The translations under genes were made by a program, and so were the position numbers. Shown here in pieces: positions 37,160 to 48,389 of a stretch of 64,000 nucleotides of DNA. How positions within the stretch are numbered: position 1 is the stretch's first letter; each line of letters opens with the position of its first letter. The stretch comes from an uncultured Acidimicrobiia bacterium (GTDB taxonomy: Bacteria > Actinomycetota > Acidimicrobiia > Acidimicrobiales > CAZWPY01), in contig CAZWPY010000003.1 in the NCBI GenBank assembly GCA_964635475.1, forward strand, positions 6,303 through 70,302. The letters run 5' to 3'. The notes beneath the pieces were generated by a model that saw only the letters and a list, made by a program, of their open reading frames with translations, had not been told where the DNA came from and did not search any database.

Positions 37160-37615
37160 ATGTCAGAAGTGTTCTACGCCGACAGGCGGCTGACGTATAC
37201 CTACAAAAGGACGACAGGGCCCGTGCTTGGCCGGTTCTTCACGGGCTTACGTGACGGTCGGATCGAAGCCGTGGTCGCGGCGGACGGCACGGTGTTGTGT
37301 CCACCAACCGAGTACGACCCAAGAACGAGTGAGAGTTTGCTCGACGCGCCGTGGGTCGAGGTCGGGCCCGGCGGCGTCGTACAGACGTGGAGCTGGGTCG
37401 ACCAACCGCGGCCGACCCACCCATTGCCGTCGCCGTTTGCGTGGGCGCTGGTAACGCTCGATGGGGCATCGACGCCGATGCTGCATGCCGTCGATACCGG
37501 TGGCGACCCGATGGCGCTTGCCAACGGCGCGCGGGTAACGGTGCGCTGGGCGCAGGATCGTGTGGGCCAGATTCGCGACATCGAGTGTTTCGTTCCAGAG
37601 GGGGCCCAGCAGTGA
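37160..37615 (+). CDS. DUF35/OB-fold protein matching the N-terminal half of Rv3521
   Basis: GPVLGRFFTGLR, PPTEYDP, PFAWALVTLDGA, RVTVRWA, IRDIECF. Confidence 0.85.
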   Translation: MSEVFYADRRLTYTYKRTTGPVLGRFFTGLRDGRIEAVVAADGTVLCPPTEYDPRTSESLLDAPWVEVGPGGVVQTWSWVDQPRPTHPLPSPFAWALVTLDGASTPMLHAVDTGGDPMALANGARVTVRWAQDRVGQIRDIECFVPEGAQQ

Positions 37616-38118
37616 ACTCGACCGAGGAAGAACTCGCGCCGGTCACGGTGATTCGAACACCGATCGACTTGCCGTACACCTACAGCGCGGGCCACGCGCA
37701 GTCGCGGTTCTTGGCCGGGCTCGCGCACGGCAAGTTTCTCGGCCAGCGCTGCCCCGTGTGTTCCAAGGTGACGGTGCCGCCGCGTGGTGCGTGTCCCACG
37801 TGCGGCGTGCCCACTACTGATGAGGTCGAGTGCGCCAACACGGGGACCATCACCACGTTTTGTGTGGTCAACATCAACTTCACCGGACAGCAGATCCAAG
37901 TGCCCTACGTGTGTGCTCAGGTTTTGCTCGACGGCTCGAACCAGTCGTTTATGGCGCTGGTGCAGGAGTGCGATGCGGCCGACGTGCGTATGGGAATGAG
38001 GGTCGAGGCGTTGTGGAACGACCCCGAGACCTGGACTCCGTCGTTTAACAACATTCGATATTTCCGGCCGACAGGTGAACCCGATGCGGCCTACGACACG
38101 TTCGCGGAGTACTTGTGA
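37612..38118 (+). CDS. DUF35 Zn-ribbon/OB-fold protein matching the C-terminal half of Rv3521
   Basis: CPVC..CPTC, GTITTFCVVNI, PYVCAQVLLDG, MGMRVEA, YFRPTGEPDA. GTG 37612 overlaps the upstream TGA. Confidence 0.87.
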   Translation: MNSTEEELAPVTVIRTPIDLPYTYSAGHAQSRFLAGLAHGKFLGQRCPVCSKVTVPPRGACPTCGVPTTDEVECANTGTITTFCVVNINFTGQQIQVPYVCAQVLLDGSNQSFMALVQECDAADVRMGMRVEALWNDPETWTPSFNNIRYFRPTGEPDAAYDTFAEYL

Positions 38119-39194
38119 TGAGGCGCCCCGTTGCCATAGTCGGCTTTGGCCAAACCCCTGCCGTGCGTTCTGATGAACGCAACGAGGTCGAACTCGTGAT
38201 GGAGGCGACGTCGAAGGCGTTGGCCGACGCGAATGCCTCGGTGAAACAGATGGGTTTCATCTGCTCGGGGAGCTGCGACTTCATCGTCGGGTTGCCCTTC
38301 TCCTTTGTTGTCGCGCTCGACGCAGTCGGTGCGTGGCCGCCGGTGTCGGAGAGCCACGTCGAGATGGACGGCGCGTGGGCACTCGCCGAGGCGGTGACCC
38401 GTTTGCAACACGACGACACCGACGCGGCGCTCGTGTACGGCTTTGGCAAGTCGTCGCTCGCGCCGCTGCGTGACGTGTTGTGCCTGCAGCTCGACCCCTA
38501 CACGATGGCGCCGCTGTGGCCCGACTCGGTCAGCCTCGCAGCGCTGCAGGCCAAAGCCTGCCTCGACGCGGGGACCGTGACTGAGCAGCAAATGGCCGAG
38601 GTGGTGGCACGTTCGCGCCGGGCAGCGCTCAACAACCCCCATGCGCAGCTGAGCGGCAGCCTGAGCGTCGATGAGCTTCTGGCCGAACCGATGTTCTCAG
38701 CGCCGCTGCGTAAACACGACCTGCCGCCGATCAGCGACGCAGGTTGCGCGGTCGTGCTCGCGGCCGGCGACGCGGCCTACGAGTTCAGTGAGCGGCCGGC
38801 GTGGATCACGGGTCTGGATCACCGAATCGAGGCGCACCAGCTCGGCTTACGCGACTTGACGACTTCTGTGTCGACTCGACTCGCTGGCCAACACGCGGGC
38901 GTGGCTGACGGTCCGGTCGACGTCGCCGAGTTGTACGGCACGTTTAGTCATCAGGAGGTGATGATCGCCAACGCACTAGGGCTCGATCCTTCGACCACAG
39001 TGATCAATCCCTCCGGTGGGCCCCTCGCGGCCCACGCCATCATGTCGGCGGGCCTCACTCGTTTTGGCGAGGCGGCTGCTCGCATCACACGAGGCGAGGC
39101 GCAGCGAGTGGTCGCGCATGCGACCTCGGGACCGCTCTTGCAACAGAACCTGGTCGGCGTGATGTCGGCCGCACGCCCGGAGGGATCGAAGTGA
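38115..39194 (+). CDS. ltp4: Thiolase-like lipid-transfer protein (Ltp4)
   Basis: CSGSCDFIVGLPFSFV, ESHVEMDGAWAL, LVYGFGKSS, NPSGGPLAAH, AHATSGPLLQQNLV. Confidence 0.85.
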   Translation: MMRRPVAIVGFGQTPAVRSDERNEVELVMEATSKALADANASVKQMGFICSGSCDFIVGLPFSFVVALDAVGAWPPVSESHVEMDGAWALAEAVTRLQHDDTDAALVYGFGKSSLAPLRDVLCLQLDPYTMAPLWPDSVSLAALQAKACLDAGTVTEQQMAEVVARSRRAALNNPHAQLSGSLSVDELLAEPMFSAPLRKHDLPPISDAGCAVVLAAGDAAYEFSERPAWITGLDHRIEAHQLGLRDLTTSVSTRLAGQHAGVADGPVDVAELYGTFSHQEVMIANALGLDPSTTVINPSGGPLAAHAIMSAGLTRFGEAAARITRGEAQRVVAHATSGPLLQQNLVGVMSAARPEGSK

Positions 39195-40363
39195 ACGAGC
39201 GTGTTGCAGTTATTGGTTGCGGGCAGACGAAACACGCGTCGAGCCGCAGCGACGTGAGCGTGGCTGGCATGGTTCGTGAGGCGGCCTTGCGGGCGCTCGA
39301 CGATGCCGAACTCACCTTTGCCGACATCGACGCAGTCGTGATCGGCAAGGCGCCCGACATGTTCGAAGGCGTGATGATGCCCGAGCTGATGCTCGCGGAG
39401 GCGCTCGGCGCGGTCGGCAAGCCGATGATTCGTGTGCACACCGCGGGATCAGTCGGCGGCTCGACAGCGCTTGTTGCCGCACAACTGGTGTCGTCGGGTG
39501 AGTTCGCCCGAGTGTTGACCGTCACGTATGAAAAGCAGTCGGAAAGCGACGCGATGTGGGCGTTGTCGATTCCGATTCCGTTCGCGCAACCACTGCTCGC
39601 GGGCGCCGGCGGCTACTTCGCGCCGCTCATTCGCGCCTACATCGAACGTTCGCACGCGCCGAGCCACATTGGCACGCTGGTGGCCTTGAAAGACCGGCGC
39701 CACGCGTTACGTAATCCCTACGCGCACCTCCACGAACACGACATCACGCTCGAGTCGGTGCAGGCGTCGCCGATCTTGTGGGACCCGTTGCGTTACTCAG
39801 AGACCTGCCCGTCTTCCGATGGCGCAGCCGCGCTCGTTTTGGTCAACGAAGCCGCGGCCGCGAGTCACGTGGGTGGCGCCCGCCCGCCCGCATGGGTTCA
39901 CGCGACGGCGATGCGCTCGGAGCCGACGATGTTTCCCGGCCGTGATCAGGTAAACCCGCAGGCCGGTCGCGACTGTGCTGCCGACGTCTATCGGCAGGCG
40001 GGAATCACCGATCCACGGTCGCAGCTCGACATGGCTGAGGTTTACGTGCCGTTCAGTTGGTACGAGCCGATGTGGCTTGAAAACCTCGGCTTTTGCGCGG
40101 AGGGCGACGGTTGGAAAGTCACCGAATCGGGGGCGACTTCGCTGATCGACGGCGGCGACATCCCGTGGAACTGCTCCGGGGGTGTTTTGTCGACGAACCC
40201 AATCGGCGCGTCGGGCATGATCCGTTTCCTGGAAACCGCGCTGCAAGTGCGAGGACTCGCCGGCGAGCACCAGGTTCCCGACGCACGGCGAGCACTTGGC
40301 CACGCATACGGCGGCGGCTCGCAGTTTTTCGCGATGTGGGTTGTCGGCAGCGACAAGCCATAG
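39191..40363 (+). CDS. ltp3: Thiolase-like lipid-transfer protein/aldolase (Ltp3)
   Basis: GKAPDMFEGVMMPE, RVHTAGSVGGST, ETCPSSDGA, YVPFSWYEPMWLENLGF, GHAYGGGSQFF. Confidence 0.88.
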   Translation: MNERVAVIGCGQTKHASSRSDVSVAGMVREAALRALDDAELTFADIDAVVIGKAPDMFEGVMMPELMLAEALGAVGKPMIRVHTAGSVGGSTALVAAQLVSSGEFARVLTVTYEKQSESDAMWALSIPIPFAQPLLAGAGGYFAPLIRAYIERSHAPSHIGTLVALKDRRHALRNPYAHLHEHDITLESVQASPILWDPLRYSETCPSSDGAAALVLVNEAAAASHVGGARPPAWVHATAMRSEPTMFPGRDQVNPQAGRDCAADVYRQAGITDPRSQLDMAEVYVPFSWYEPMWLENLGFCAEGDGWKVTESGATSLIDGGDIPWNCSGGVLSTNPIGASGMIRFLETALQVRGLAGEHQVPDARRALGHAYGGGSQFFAMWVVGSDKP

Positions 40364-40417
40364 GTCAGCCAACCGCGGGTAATCACGGGTAACGCCTCGC
40401 CGTGGCACGATGGCGCC

Positions 40418-42211
40418 GTGAGCCATCTGAGTCCGCCAGATCTACGGGCGCGTTATCGCGCTGAACGCGACAAACGAATCCGCGCCGAGGGCAACGAGCA
40501 GTATCTCCAGCCGACAGGCCGCTTCGCTTCGTTGCTCGACGACCCCTACGTCGAGGTGCAGCCCCGCGCTGCGGTCGAACGTGATGTCGACGCGTTGGTG
40601 ATCGGCGCTGGCTTTTCCGGTCTCGTGACCGGCGCGCGGCTGCGACAGGCCGGGGTCGCCGACATCGTGTTGGTCGACAAGGCCGGCGACGTAGGCGGCG
40701 TGTGGTACTGGAACCGCTACCCGGGCGCGATGTGTGACACGGCGGCGATGATCTACCTGCCGCTGTTGGAGGAGACCGGTACGGTTCCCAGTCGCAAGTA
40801 CGTCAACGGGCCCGAGATCTACGCGCACGCGCAACGTATCGCCCGCACCTTCGACCTCTACCGCGACGCGTTGTTGTCGACGGGGATCGAGTCGGTTCGC
40901 TGGGACGAACCCACGCACCGGTGGCACGTTCACACCGACCGCGGCGACGTGTTGCGGGCCCGTTTTGTCACGATGGGCACCGGTCCGCTGCACCGCCCGA
41001 AATTGCCCGGCATCGAGGGCATCGAGCGTTTCACTGGGCATTCGTTTCACACGAGCCGCTGGGACTACGACTACACGGGCGGCTCGCCCGCTGGTGAGCC
41101 GATGGATCGGCTGGCCGACAAACGTGTGGGGATCATCGGAACCGGCGCCACGGCGGTGCAGTGCATTCCGCATCTGGCCGTTGCTGCAAAAGAGCTTTTC
41201 GTCTTTCAGCGCACCCCATCGTCGATCGACGTGCGGGGAAACCACGACATCGACCCGGATTGGTTCTCGGAGCTGAAGCCAGGCTGGCAAAAGGAGTGGC
41301 TGGTCAACTTTGCGACCCTGCAGATGGGCGGTTTTGCCGACGTCGACCTTGTTAAGGACGGCTGGACCGACATCGCGCAGCGAATCCGCGACAAAGCCGT
41401 TGCTGCGGTGCAAGGCGGCGCCGAGTTTTCGGCCGAGACCTTGCTCAAGGCCTACGAGGACAGCGACGACGAAAAGATGAACGAGATCCGCGACCGCGTC
41501 GACTCGATCGTCGCCGACTCCACGACCGCCGAAGCGTTGAAGCCGTGGTACCGCCAGTTGTGTAAACGACCGTGTTTTCACGACGAGTACCTACAGAGCT
41601 ACAACCAACCGAGCGCCCACTTGGTCGACACCGACGGGCAAGGCGTGCGTCTCATCGACGAAACGGGTGTCTGGGTTGGTGACACGCACTACGAACTCGA
41701 CTGTTTGGTGTTCGCATCTGGGTTTGAGGTCGGCACCGACTACGCGCGCCGCAGCGGGTTCGACGTCGTCGGCCGAAACGGCACGACCTTGAGTGATCAC
41801 TGGCGTGAGGGGATGCGTTCACTTCACGGCATCCACGTTGCGGGCTTTCCCAACCTTTTTGTGTTGGGTATCGCGCAAGGTGGCGCCTTGATCTCGAACA
41901 TTCCTCACAACTTCGTCGAAGCGGCCGAGGCGATCGCGGCGGTGATCAACGAGGTCGACGCGCGGGGAGCGCAGGTCGCCGAGGTGACGGCTGAAGCGGA
42001 GGATGCGTGGGTTACCCAGTTGCAGTCGCGGATCGGCGGGATTTTCGGTAACCCCGACTGCACGCCGGGTTACTACAACAACGAGGGCCATCCGATGGGT
42101 CGCAAGGAGCAGCTCGACACAGCGGGTTATCCGGCCGGCCCCGTTGCGTTTTTCGACTACCTCGCGCGCTGGCGCAACTCTGGCGAGTTCGTCGGTCTCG
42201 AGTTTTCCTGA
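40418..42211 (+). CDS. Type I Baeyer-Villiger monooxygenase
   Basis: GAGFSG, GGVWYWNRYPG, fingerprint FTGHSFHTSRW, GTGATAVQ, CKRPCFHD, CTPGYYNNEG. Confidence 0.92.
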   Translation: MSHLSPPDLRARYRAERDKRIRAEGNEQYLQPTGRFASLLDDPYVEVQPRAAVERDVDALVIGAGFSGLVTGARLRQAGVADIVLVDKAGDVGGVWYWNRYPGAMCDTAAMIYLPLLEETGTVPSRKYVNGPEIYAHAQRIARTFDLYRDALLSTGIESVRWDEPTHRWHVHTDRGDVLRARFVTMGTGPLHRPKLPGIEGIERFTGHSFHTSRWDYDYTGGSPAGEPMDRLADKRVGIIGTGATAVQCIPHLAVAAKELFVFQRTPSSIDVRGNHDIDPDWFSELKPGWQKEWLVNFATLQMGGFADVDLVKDGWTDIAQRIRDKAVAAVQGGAEFSAETLLKAYEDSDDEKMNEIRDRVDSIVADSTTAEALKPWYRQLCKRPCFHDEYLQSYNQPSAHLVDTDGQGVRLIDETGVWVGDTHYELDCLVFASGFEVGTDYARRSGFDVVGRNGTTLSDHWREGMRSLHGIHVAGFPNLFVLGIAQGGALISNIPHNFVEAAEAIAAVINEVDARGAQVAEVTAEAEDAWVTQLQSRIGGIFGNPDCTPGYYNNEGHPMGRKEQLDTAGYPAGPVAFFDYLARWRNSGEFVGLEFS

Positions 42212-42215
42212 GGTC

Positions 42216-42584
42216 GTGGCCGCCGAAGATCGTCCGCCGATTGCCCATCGGGTTCATACCCACGAGTTGCCGGCCTTGCCGCAACGGCACTACTTGATCC
42301 CCGCGACCGCGTGGATCGAGGCACCCGCAACGCTGCTCGATCTCGGTCACGACTTTGGCGTCACGCTGGTTGCGTACAAACGGCGCATCGGCCGATATCT
42401 GCTCTGGCGGGCGGGACCAGCCGTCGGCGCCGACGCTCGTTATGCGGCGGTGCACGATTCGCTCGCCGCCCCGCTGCTCACGTATCGGCTGCACCCCGAC
42501 GGTTCGGGTAGCGGCATCGGTCCCGACGCAGTGCTGTACACGCGTTTTCGTGAGTGGAAGCAGGCCCTGCTGTCCGACTCGTGA
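42216..42584 (+). CDS. Hypothetical protein
   Basis: Typical codon usage from GTG 42216; YKRRIGRYLLWRAGP and FREWKQAL look like conserved segments. Confidence 0.65.
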   Translation: MAAEDRPPIAHRVHTHELPALPQRHYLIPATAWIEAPATLLDLGHDFGVTLVAYKRRIGRYLLWRAGPAVGADARYAAVHDSLAAPLLTYRLHPDGSGSGIGPDAVLYTRFREWKQALLSDS

Positions 42585-42606
42585 GGACGAGGGTCCCGCG
42601 CCCCTT

Positions 42607-42655
42607 CTCGGTTCGTGTTGGCTCGGTTCGTGTTGGCTCGGCTCGGTCGTGTTGG
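42607..42655. repeat. 15-bp tandem repeat CTCGGTTCGTGTTGG (2 perfect + 1 degenerate)
   Basis: Units at 42607, 42622 and about 42642. Confidence 0.8.
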
Positions 42656-42657
42656 TA

Positions 42658-43197
42658 ATGAGGTCACTGAGGTCTAGAGTTGCCAAAGTGGTACAGCTCA
42701 ATCGTGTTGAACGAGCCGTGGTCGCAGGGATCCGCGCGGCAGTGGTAGCGCCGCGGGTCGAACCCGGGGATCGGGTCGGCGCGTGGTCTGTGCCGGCGCG
42801 GCTGGCACGGGGGGTCAACTCCGCTCGAGTGGCCGCGTGCGCCCGCGGCGACTCGCGCCCAGGGCGAAAGGTCAAAGCGTTTTTTGGCCTGCTGCTAGCA
42901 GTGCTGGTCGTGGGCGTTGTGTTGTTTGTCGTAACCCGCCAGGTTGTGGGCCTGTTGGCTGAACCTGTCGTGTGGGTCGCGCTCGCGGCGAGTGTTGGAG
43001 TCGCGTGTGCCGTCGGCCAAGGCGAATCGCTCGGCGGAATCGGCGACCGGGTGCGCACCCGATGGAGTGCGCACCGCACCCTTCGCCTCGAGGCCGCTGA
43101 ACTCAGCCGCCTGCGGCGACTGCGCGAGACGATGCCCGAGCGTGAATGGCGCCGGCTCGTGATCGCGGTCGTCGAGGGTGACCACCGGCGCCGATAG
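42658..43197 (+). CDS. Hypothetical membrane protein
   Basis: Two transmembrane-like segments (FFGLLLAVLVVGVVLFVV; VVWVALAASVGVAC); start uncertain. Confidence 0.5.
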   Translation: MRSLRSRVAKVVQLNRVERAVVAGIRAAVVAPRVEPGDRVGAWSVPARLARGVNSARVAACARGDSRPGRKVKAFFGLLLAVLVVGVVLFVVTRQVVGLLAEPVVWVALAASVGVACAVGQGESLGGIGDRVRTRWSAHRTLRLEAAELSRLRRLRETMPEREWRRLVIAVVEGDHRRR

Positions 43198-43199
43198 CG

Positions 43200-44930
<1,731 letters not shown>

Positions 44931-44998
44931 GGCGGGGCGCGAGGCTAAACGGGTCTCGGCGCGTCCGCGGCACGGGCGTTTCGTGAGTAATTTCAGGC

Positions 44999-46363
44999 AT
45001 GGCTTTGGATCGACGGGATTTCTTACGTGCCGCGGCGGGCGCGGTCGTGCTGGGTGCGTGCGGGGCCGACAACACGAAGGTTCTCAAGGACGCATCGAAG
45101 GCCGCAGCAGCGTCGTCGAGCGCACGAACGGCTACGGCCGCCGGCAAACTCAGCGACATCGAGCACGTGATCATCCACATGCAAGAGAACCGCAGTTACG
45201 ACAACTACTTCGGTGCCTACAAGGCGGGGAGCGGCTTCGCCGATACGCGTAACGCCGACGCTTTTGAGCAGCCCTGGGATGGCCACGCGGACGGGTTTAT
45301 CTATCCCTGGCGGGCAGTCAAGCCGTGTCAGCCAGACCCGGATCATTCTTGGCGTGGCCAACACGTGATGATCAACGGCGGAGCGATGGATCGTTTCGCA
45401 CAGAACACTGGTCCGTGGTCGATGTCGTACTTCGACCGTGAGCAGTTGCCGTACTACTACGCGTTGGCCGATGAGTTCACGTTGTGCGACCGTTGGTTTT
45501 GCTCGGTGGCTGGGCCGACCACGCCGAACCGTTTGTATCTCATGACCGGATCAAGTGTCGATCCCGCTGGTAACCCGGAAACGACTCGATCGAACCTTGA
45601 GTCGTTCGACTGGGAGACCTATCCCGAGCGATTGCAGGCCGCCGGGGTGAGCTGGCGGGTGTACCACGAGGCCGACGACTACGGCGACAATCCGCTGAAG
45701 TACTTCGCTCGTTTCCGCGACTTGCCGACCAGCGATCCGTTATGGGACGCGGCCATTCGCAACCGTGGGCCGTTGGACCTCGTGAACGACATCGAGGGCG
45801 ACAACTTGCCGCAGGTGAGCTGGCTCGTCTCGCCAGCCGCGGAATCTGAGCACCCGGTGTGGTCCCCACAGGCAGGCGCGGCGTACACCGCGCGTTACCT
45901 CGACGCGCTGCTCCGCACAGAAAAGGTGTTTCGCAAGACCTTGTTCATCATGACCTACGACGAAAACGGTGGGTTCTTTGACCACGTGGCGCCACCGACT
46001 CCCGAGCCGGGAACTGCCGACGAATTCATCGAGGGCGAGGCCATCGGCTTAGGGCCCCGCGTTCCGGGCCTGTTGATCTCTCCGTGGACTCGTGGCGGCC
46101 GGATCGAGTCGGCGACGTTTGATCACACGTCGATCCTGCGGTTTCTTGAGACCCGCTTCGGAGTGGAAGCGCCACGGATCTCGGCGTGGCGCCGCGAGAA
46201 GCTCACCGATATCGCGGATGTCTTGGATCTCGGCGTGGCCGACCTGTCGCCGCTACCGACGTTGCCAGATCCCGCACTGGCTCTCGCCGCTGCCCAACTC
46301 GCCTGTTCCGGTCCCGCCGACGGACCGCCGGCGAATCAGAAGATGCCCACGATCGAGGCGTAA
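44999..46363 (+). CDS. Tat-exported phospholipase C/phosphoesterase family protein
   Basis: DRRDFL Tat motif, [58 protein letters not shown]. Confidence 0.92.
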   Translation: MALDRRDFLRAAAGAVVLGACGADNTKVLKDASKAAAASSSARTATAAGKLSDIEHVIIHMQENRSYDNYFGAYKAGSGFADTRNADAFEQPWDGHADGFIYPWRAVKPCQPDPDHSWRGQHVMINGGAMDRFAQNTGPWSMSYFDREQLPYYYALADEFTLCDRWFCSVAGPTTPNRLYLMTGSSVDPAGNPETTRSNLESFDWETYPERLQAAGVSWRVYHEADDYGDNPLKYFARFRDLPTSDPLWDAAIRNRGPLDLVNDIEGDNLPQVSWLVSPAAESEHPVWSPQAGAAYTARYLDALLRTEKVFRKTLFIMTYDENGGFFDHVAPPTPEPGTADEFIEGEAIGLGPRVPGLLISPWTRGGRIESATFDHTSILRFLETRFGVEAPRISAWRREKLTDIADVLDLGVADLSPLPTLPDPALALAAAQLACSGPADGPPANQKMPTIEA

Positions 46364-46400
46364 GCAGCGCCCTCGTCGGCGCTGCGCGGGCCGCGTCGAT

Positions 46401-47336
46401 TCAGTTCGCGTAGAACTGTGCGGCCCACTTGCGGTACTGCATGATCGGCCCATCAGTGTCGGCCAACGCGGGCACCGGCAAGTAGTCCTTGTGCTCCCAG
46501 ATCGGCATGTCCTCGCGGATCTGGTCGCAGACCATTTTCACGAACGCGTCGCCGACTGCCTTTGTGAAGTGTTCGTCGCCGGACTTGCGGACCTGGAAGT
46601 GGAAACGCACAACCGAGCGTTCGTCGGTGATCGCGGTGGTGGTGCTGACCAAGAAGGTGTCGATGATCCCGGAGAACAACGTTGTCTGTAGGCCGGGCCC
46701 GTAGGCCGTCACGTTGATGTTGCCGACGACGTTGCCGCGAGGCGTCACGTAGACCTGCTTGGACTCCATCTTGGAAAACGGCCCGTCGGTGTCGTAGCGC
46801 TCGATGGTCGGCACTTCGCCGGTGCGGTGAACGTAACGAAAGTGTGGACCGTCGACGGAGTTCTCCGACATCTCTTGCCACACGGAATCGATCGTGAAGT
46901 CGTGGACTTCGTAGGAGGTCCACTCGTCGTTGTTGTACTGAATCAGTTCGGGAATTTCGAAGCTCGGGGCTTCGCGCTGCGGGTGGTACCAGGCCATCAC
47001 AAAGCCGTTACGTTCGATCACTGGGTAGGTGAAAACCCGCGCCTTGCGGTTGATGCGGTCCGAATAGGGGATGTTGGTGCACGCCCCTTGTGGATCGAAG
47101 GCCCAGTGGTGAAAGGGGCAGCGAATGCATGTGTCGTCGACGAAGCCGCCGTAGCCGAGGTGTGCGCCCAGGTGCGGGCAATACGCGTCTTGAACCACGA
47201 CCTCGCCGGCGTTGTTGCGCCACGCGACGAGCTCTTGGCCGAAGTACATGAGCGGCTTCACCGTCCCGGGTACCAATTCGTCGGGGTAGGCGACGTGGAA
47301 CCAGCCAAACGGGATCGGGAATGGGAACCTGCTCAT
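46401..47336 (-). CDS. Rieske non-heme iron oxygenase, KshA/Neverland family
   Basis: Intact CPHLGAHLG..CPFH Rieske motif, ENSVDGPHFRYVH iron site, EDMPIWEHK; KstR box upstream. Confidence 0.88.
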   Translation of the reverse strand: MSRFPFPIPFGWFHVAYPDELVPGTVKPLMYFGQELVAWRNNAGEVVVQDAYCPHLGAHLGYGGFVDDTCIRCPFHHWAFDPQGACTNIPYSDRINRKARVFTYPVIERNGFVMAWYHPQREAPSFEIPELIQYNNDEWTSYEVHDFTIDSVWQEMSENSVDGPHFRYVHRTGEVPTIERYDTDGPFSKMESKQVYVTPRGNVVGNINVTAYGPGLQTTLFSGIIDTFLVSTTTAITDERSVVRFHFQVRKSGDEHFTKAVGDAFVKMVCDQIREDMPIWEHKDYLPVPALADTDGPIMQYRKWAAQFYAN

Positions 47337-47362
47337 TGTCGCCACCTCTCGCGTACCGCGAT

Positions 47363-47376
47363 TAGAACACGTTCTA
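47363..47376. promoter_or_regulatory. KstR-type operator TAGAACACGTTCTA
   Basis: Perfect TnnAACnnGTTnnA match, 26 bp upstream of the Rieske gene ATG. Confidence 0.82.
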
Positions 47377-47442
47377 CTTTATGCAGGCCGCGCGGCCCAG
47401 CCAAAACGACCTCGTCGGGATCGGTGGCGGTGCCGCCGGTAG

Positions 47443-48315
47443 TCAGAGCTTGAAGACCCGTTGGGCGTTCTCGCGCAAGAACTTCGGCCAGACGTGATCG
47501 CGGAAGGGAACGTCGGCCATCTCGGTCATGATGCGTTCCATCGACAGCCCCATCGGGTAGTAGCCCGCGTAGAGGATCTTGTCGGTGCCGCGGGTGTTGG
47601 CGAAGTCGATGATCGCCTTGGGGTAGTACCGCGGCGCGAAGGCCGACGTCGAGTAGTAGAGGTTCGGCCACTTCAACATGAGCTTGACGGCGAGCTCGGT
47701 CCACGGCTCACAACCGTGGCGCGTGACGAACTTGAGCTCGGGGAAAAACCAACACACCTCGTCGACGAGTTCCATGTGTTGTGGCGCTGCGGGAACGCGG
47801 GGCCCAGGGATTCCGACACACACGCAGATCGGGATGTCGAGCTCGACGCATTTCGCGTAGATCGGGTAGAAGCGTTTGTCGTTGATCGGCACCTGCGGCG
47901 TGTAGCCAGCGGGGAACGCGGTGGCTGCCTTCACGCCGTGTTCACGGACCATGAACTCGAGCTCGCGCACGCCGTCCATACCCCTGTTCGGGTCGACTTC
48001 GTAGCTGCCGAAAAAGCGCTCAGGGAAACGAGCGAGCGCTTCGTTGGCTAGTTCGTTGCCCGGCTTGGTTCCGATCATCGCTTGCGAGACGCCCCAACGG
48101 TCGAGCTCGCGCAACATCTGCTCGACGTAGTCGTCGGACTCCTCGTTGATCGGGATGTCCTTAAACATGTACTGCGCGGGCATCTCGAACTTCTCTTGGC
48201 TCTCCTTGTCGCGAAGACCAGGGGCGAGGAACGAGTACCACTTCCGCCGATCCGCGGGGCTTCCCGGCAGTCCGACCATCAGGTCGATGATTCCGATATC
48301 ACTCGGCAAAGGCAT
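47443..48315 (-). CDS. Amidohydrolase_2 family protein
   Basis: IIDLMVG, YPIYAKCVELDIP, LKFVTRHGCEPW, NLYYSTSAFAPRYY, DKILYAGYYP, FLRENAQRVF. Confidence 0.85.
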   Translation of the reverse strand: MPLPSDIGIIDLMVGLPGSPADRRKWYSFLAPGLRDKESQEKFEMPAQYMFKDIPINEESDDYVEQMLRELDRWGVSQAMIGTKPGNELANEALARFPERFFGSYEVDPNRGMDGVRELEFMVREHGVKAATAFPAGYTPQVPINDKRFYPIYAKCVELDIPICVCVGIPGPRVPAAPQHMELVDEVCWFFPELKFVTRHGCEPWTELAVKLMLKWPNLYYSTSAFAPRYYPKAIIDFANTRGTDKILYAGYYPMGLSMERIMTEMADVPFRDHVWPKFLRENAQRVFKL

Positions 48316-48389
48316 GGCCCGAGACGTTAGGCCGTCCCCGCGTCTCACGGTGTGTGGTCGAGTACGGAACGTGATTACACTTTCACGCT

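Noticed and set aside
48365-48378. Partial KstR-like site GGAACGTGATT between the amidohydrolase and hydrolase genes
   Set aside because: The GTT half-site is broken; too weak to call.
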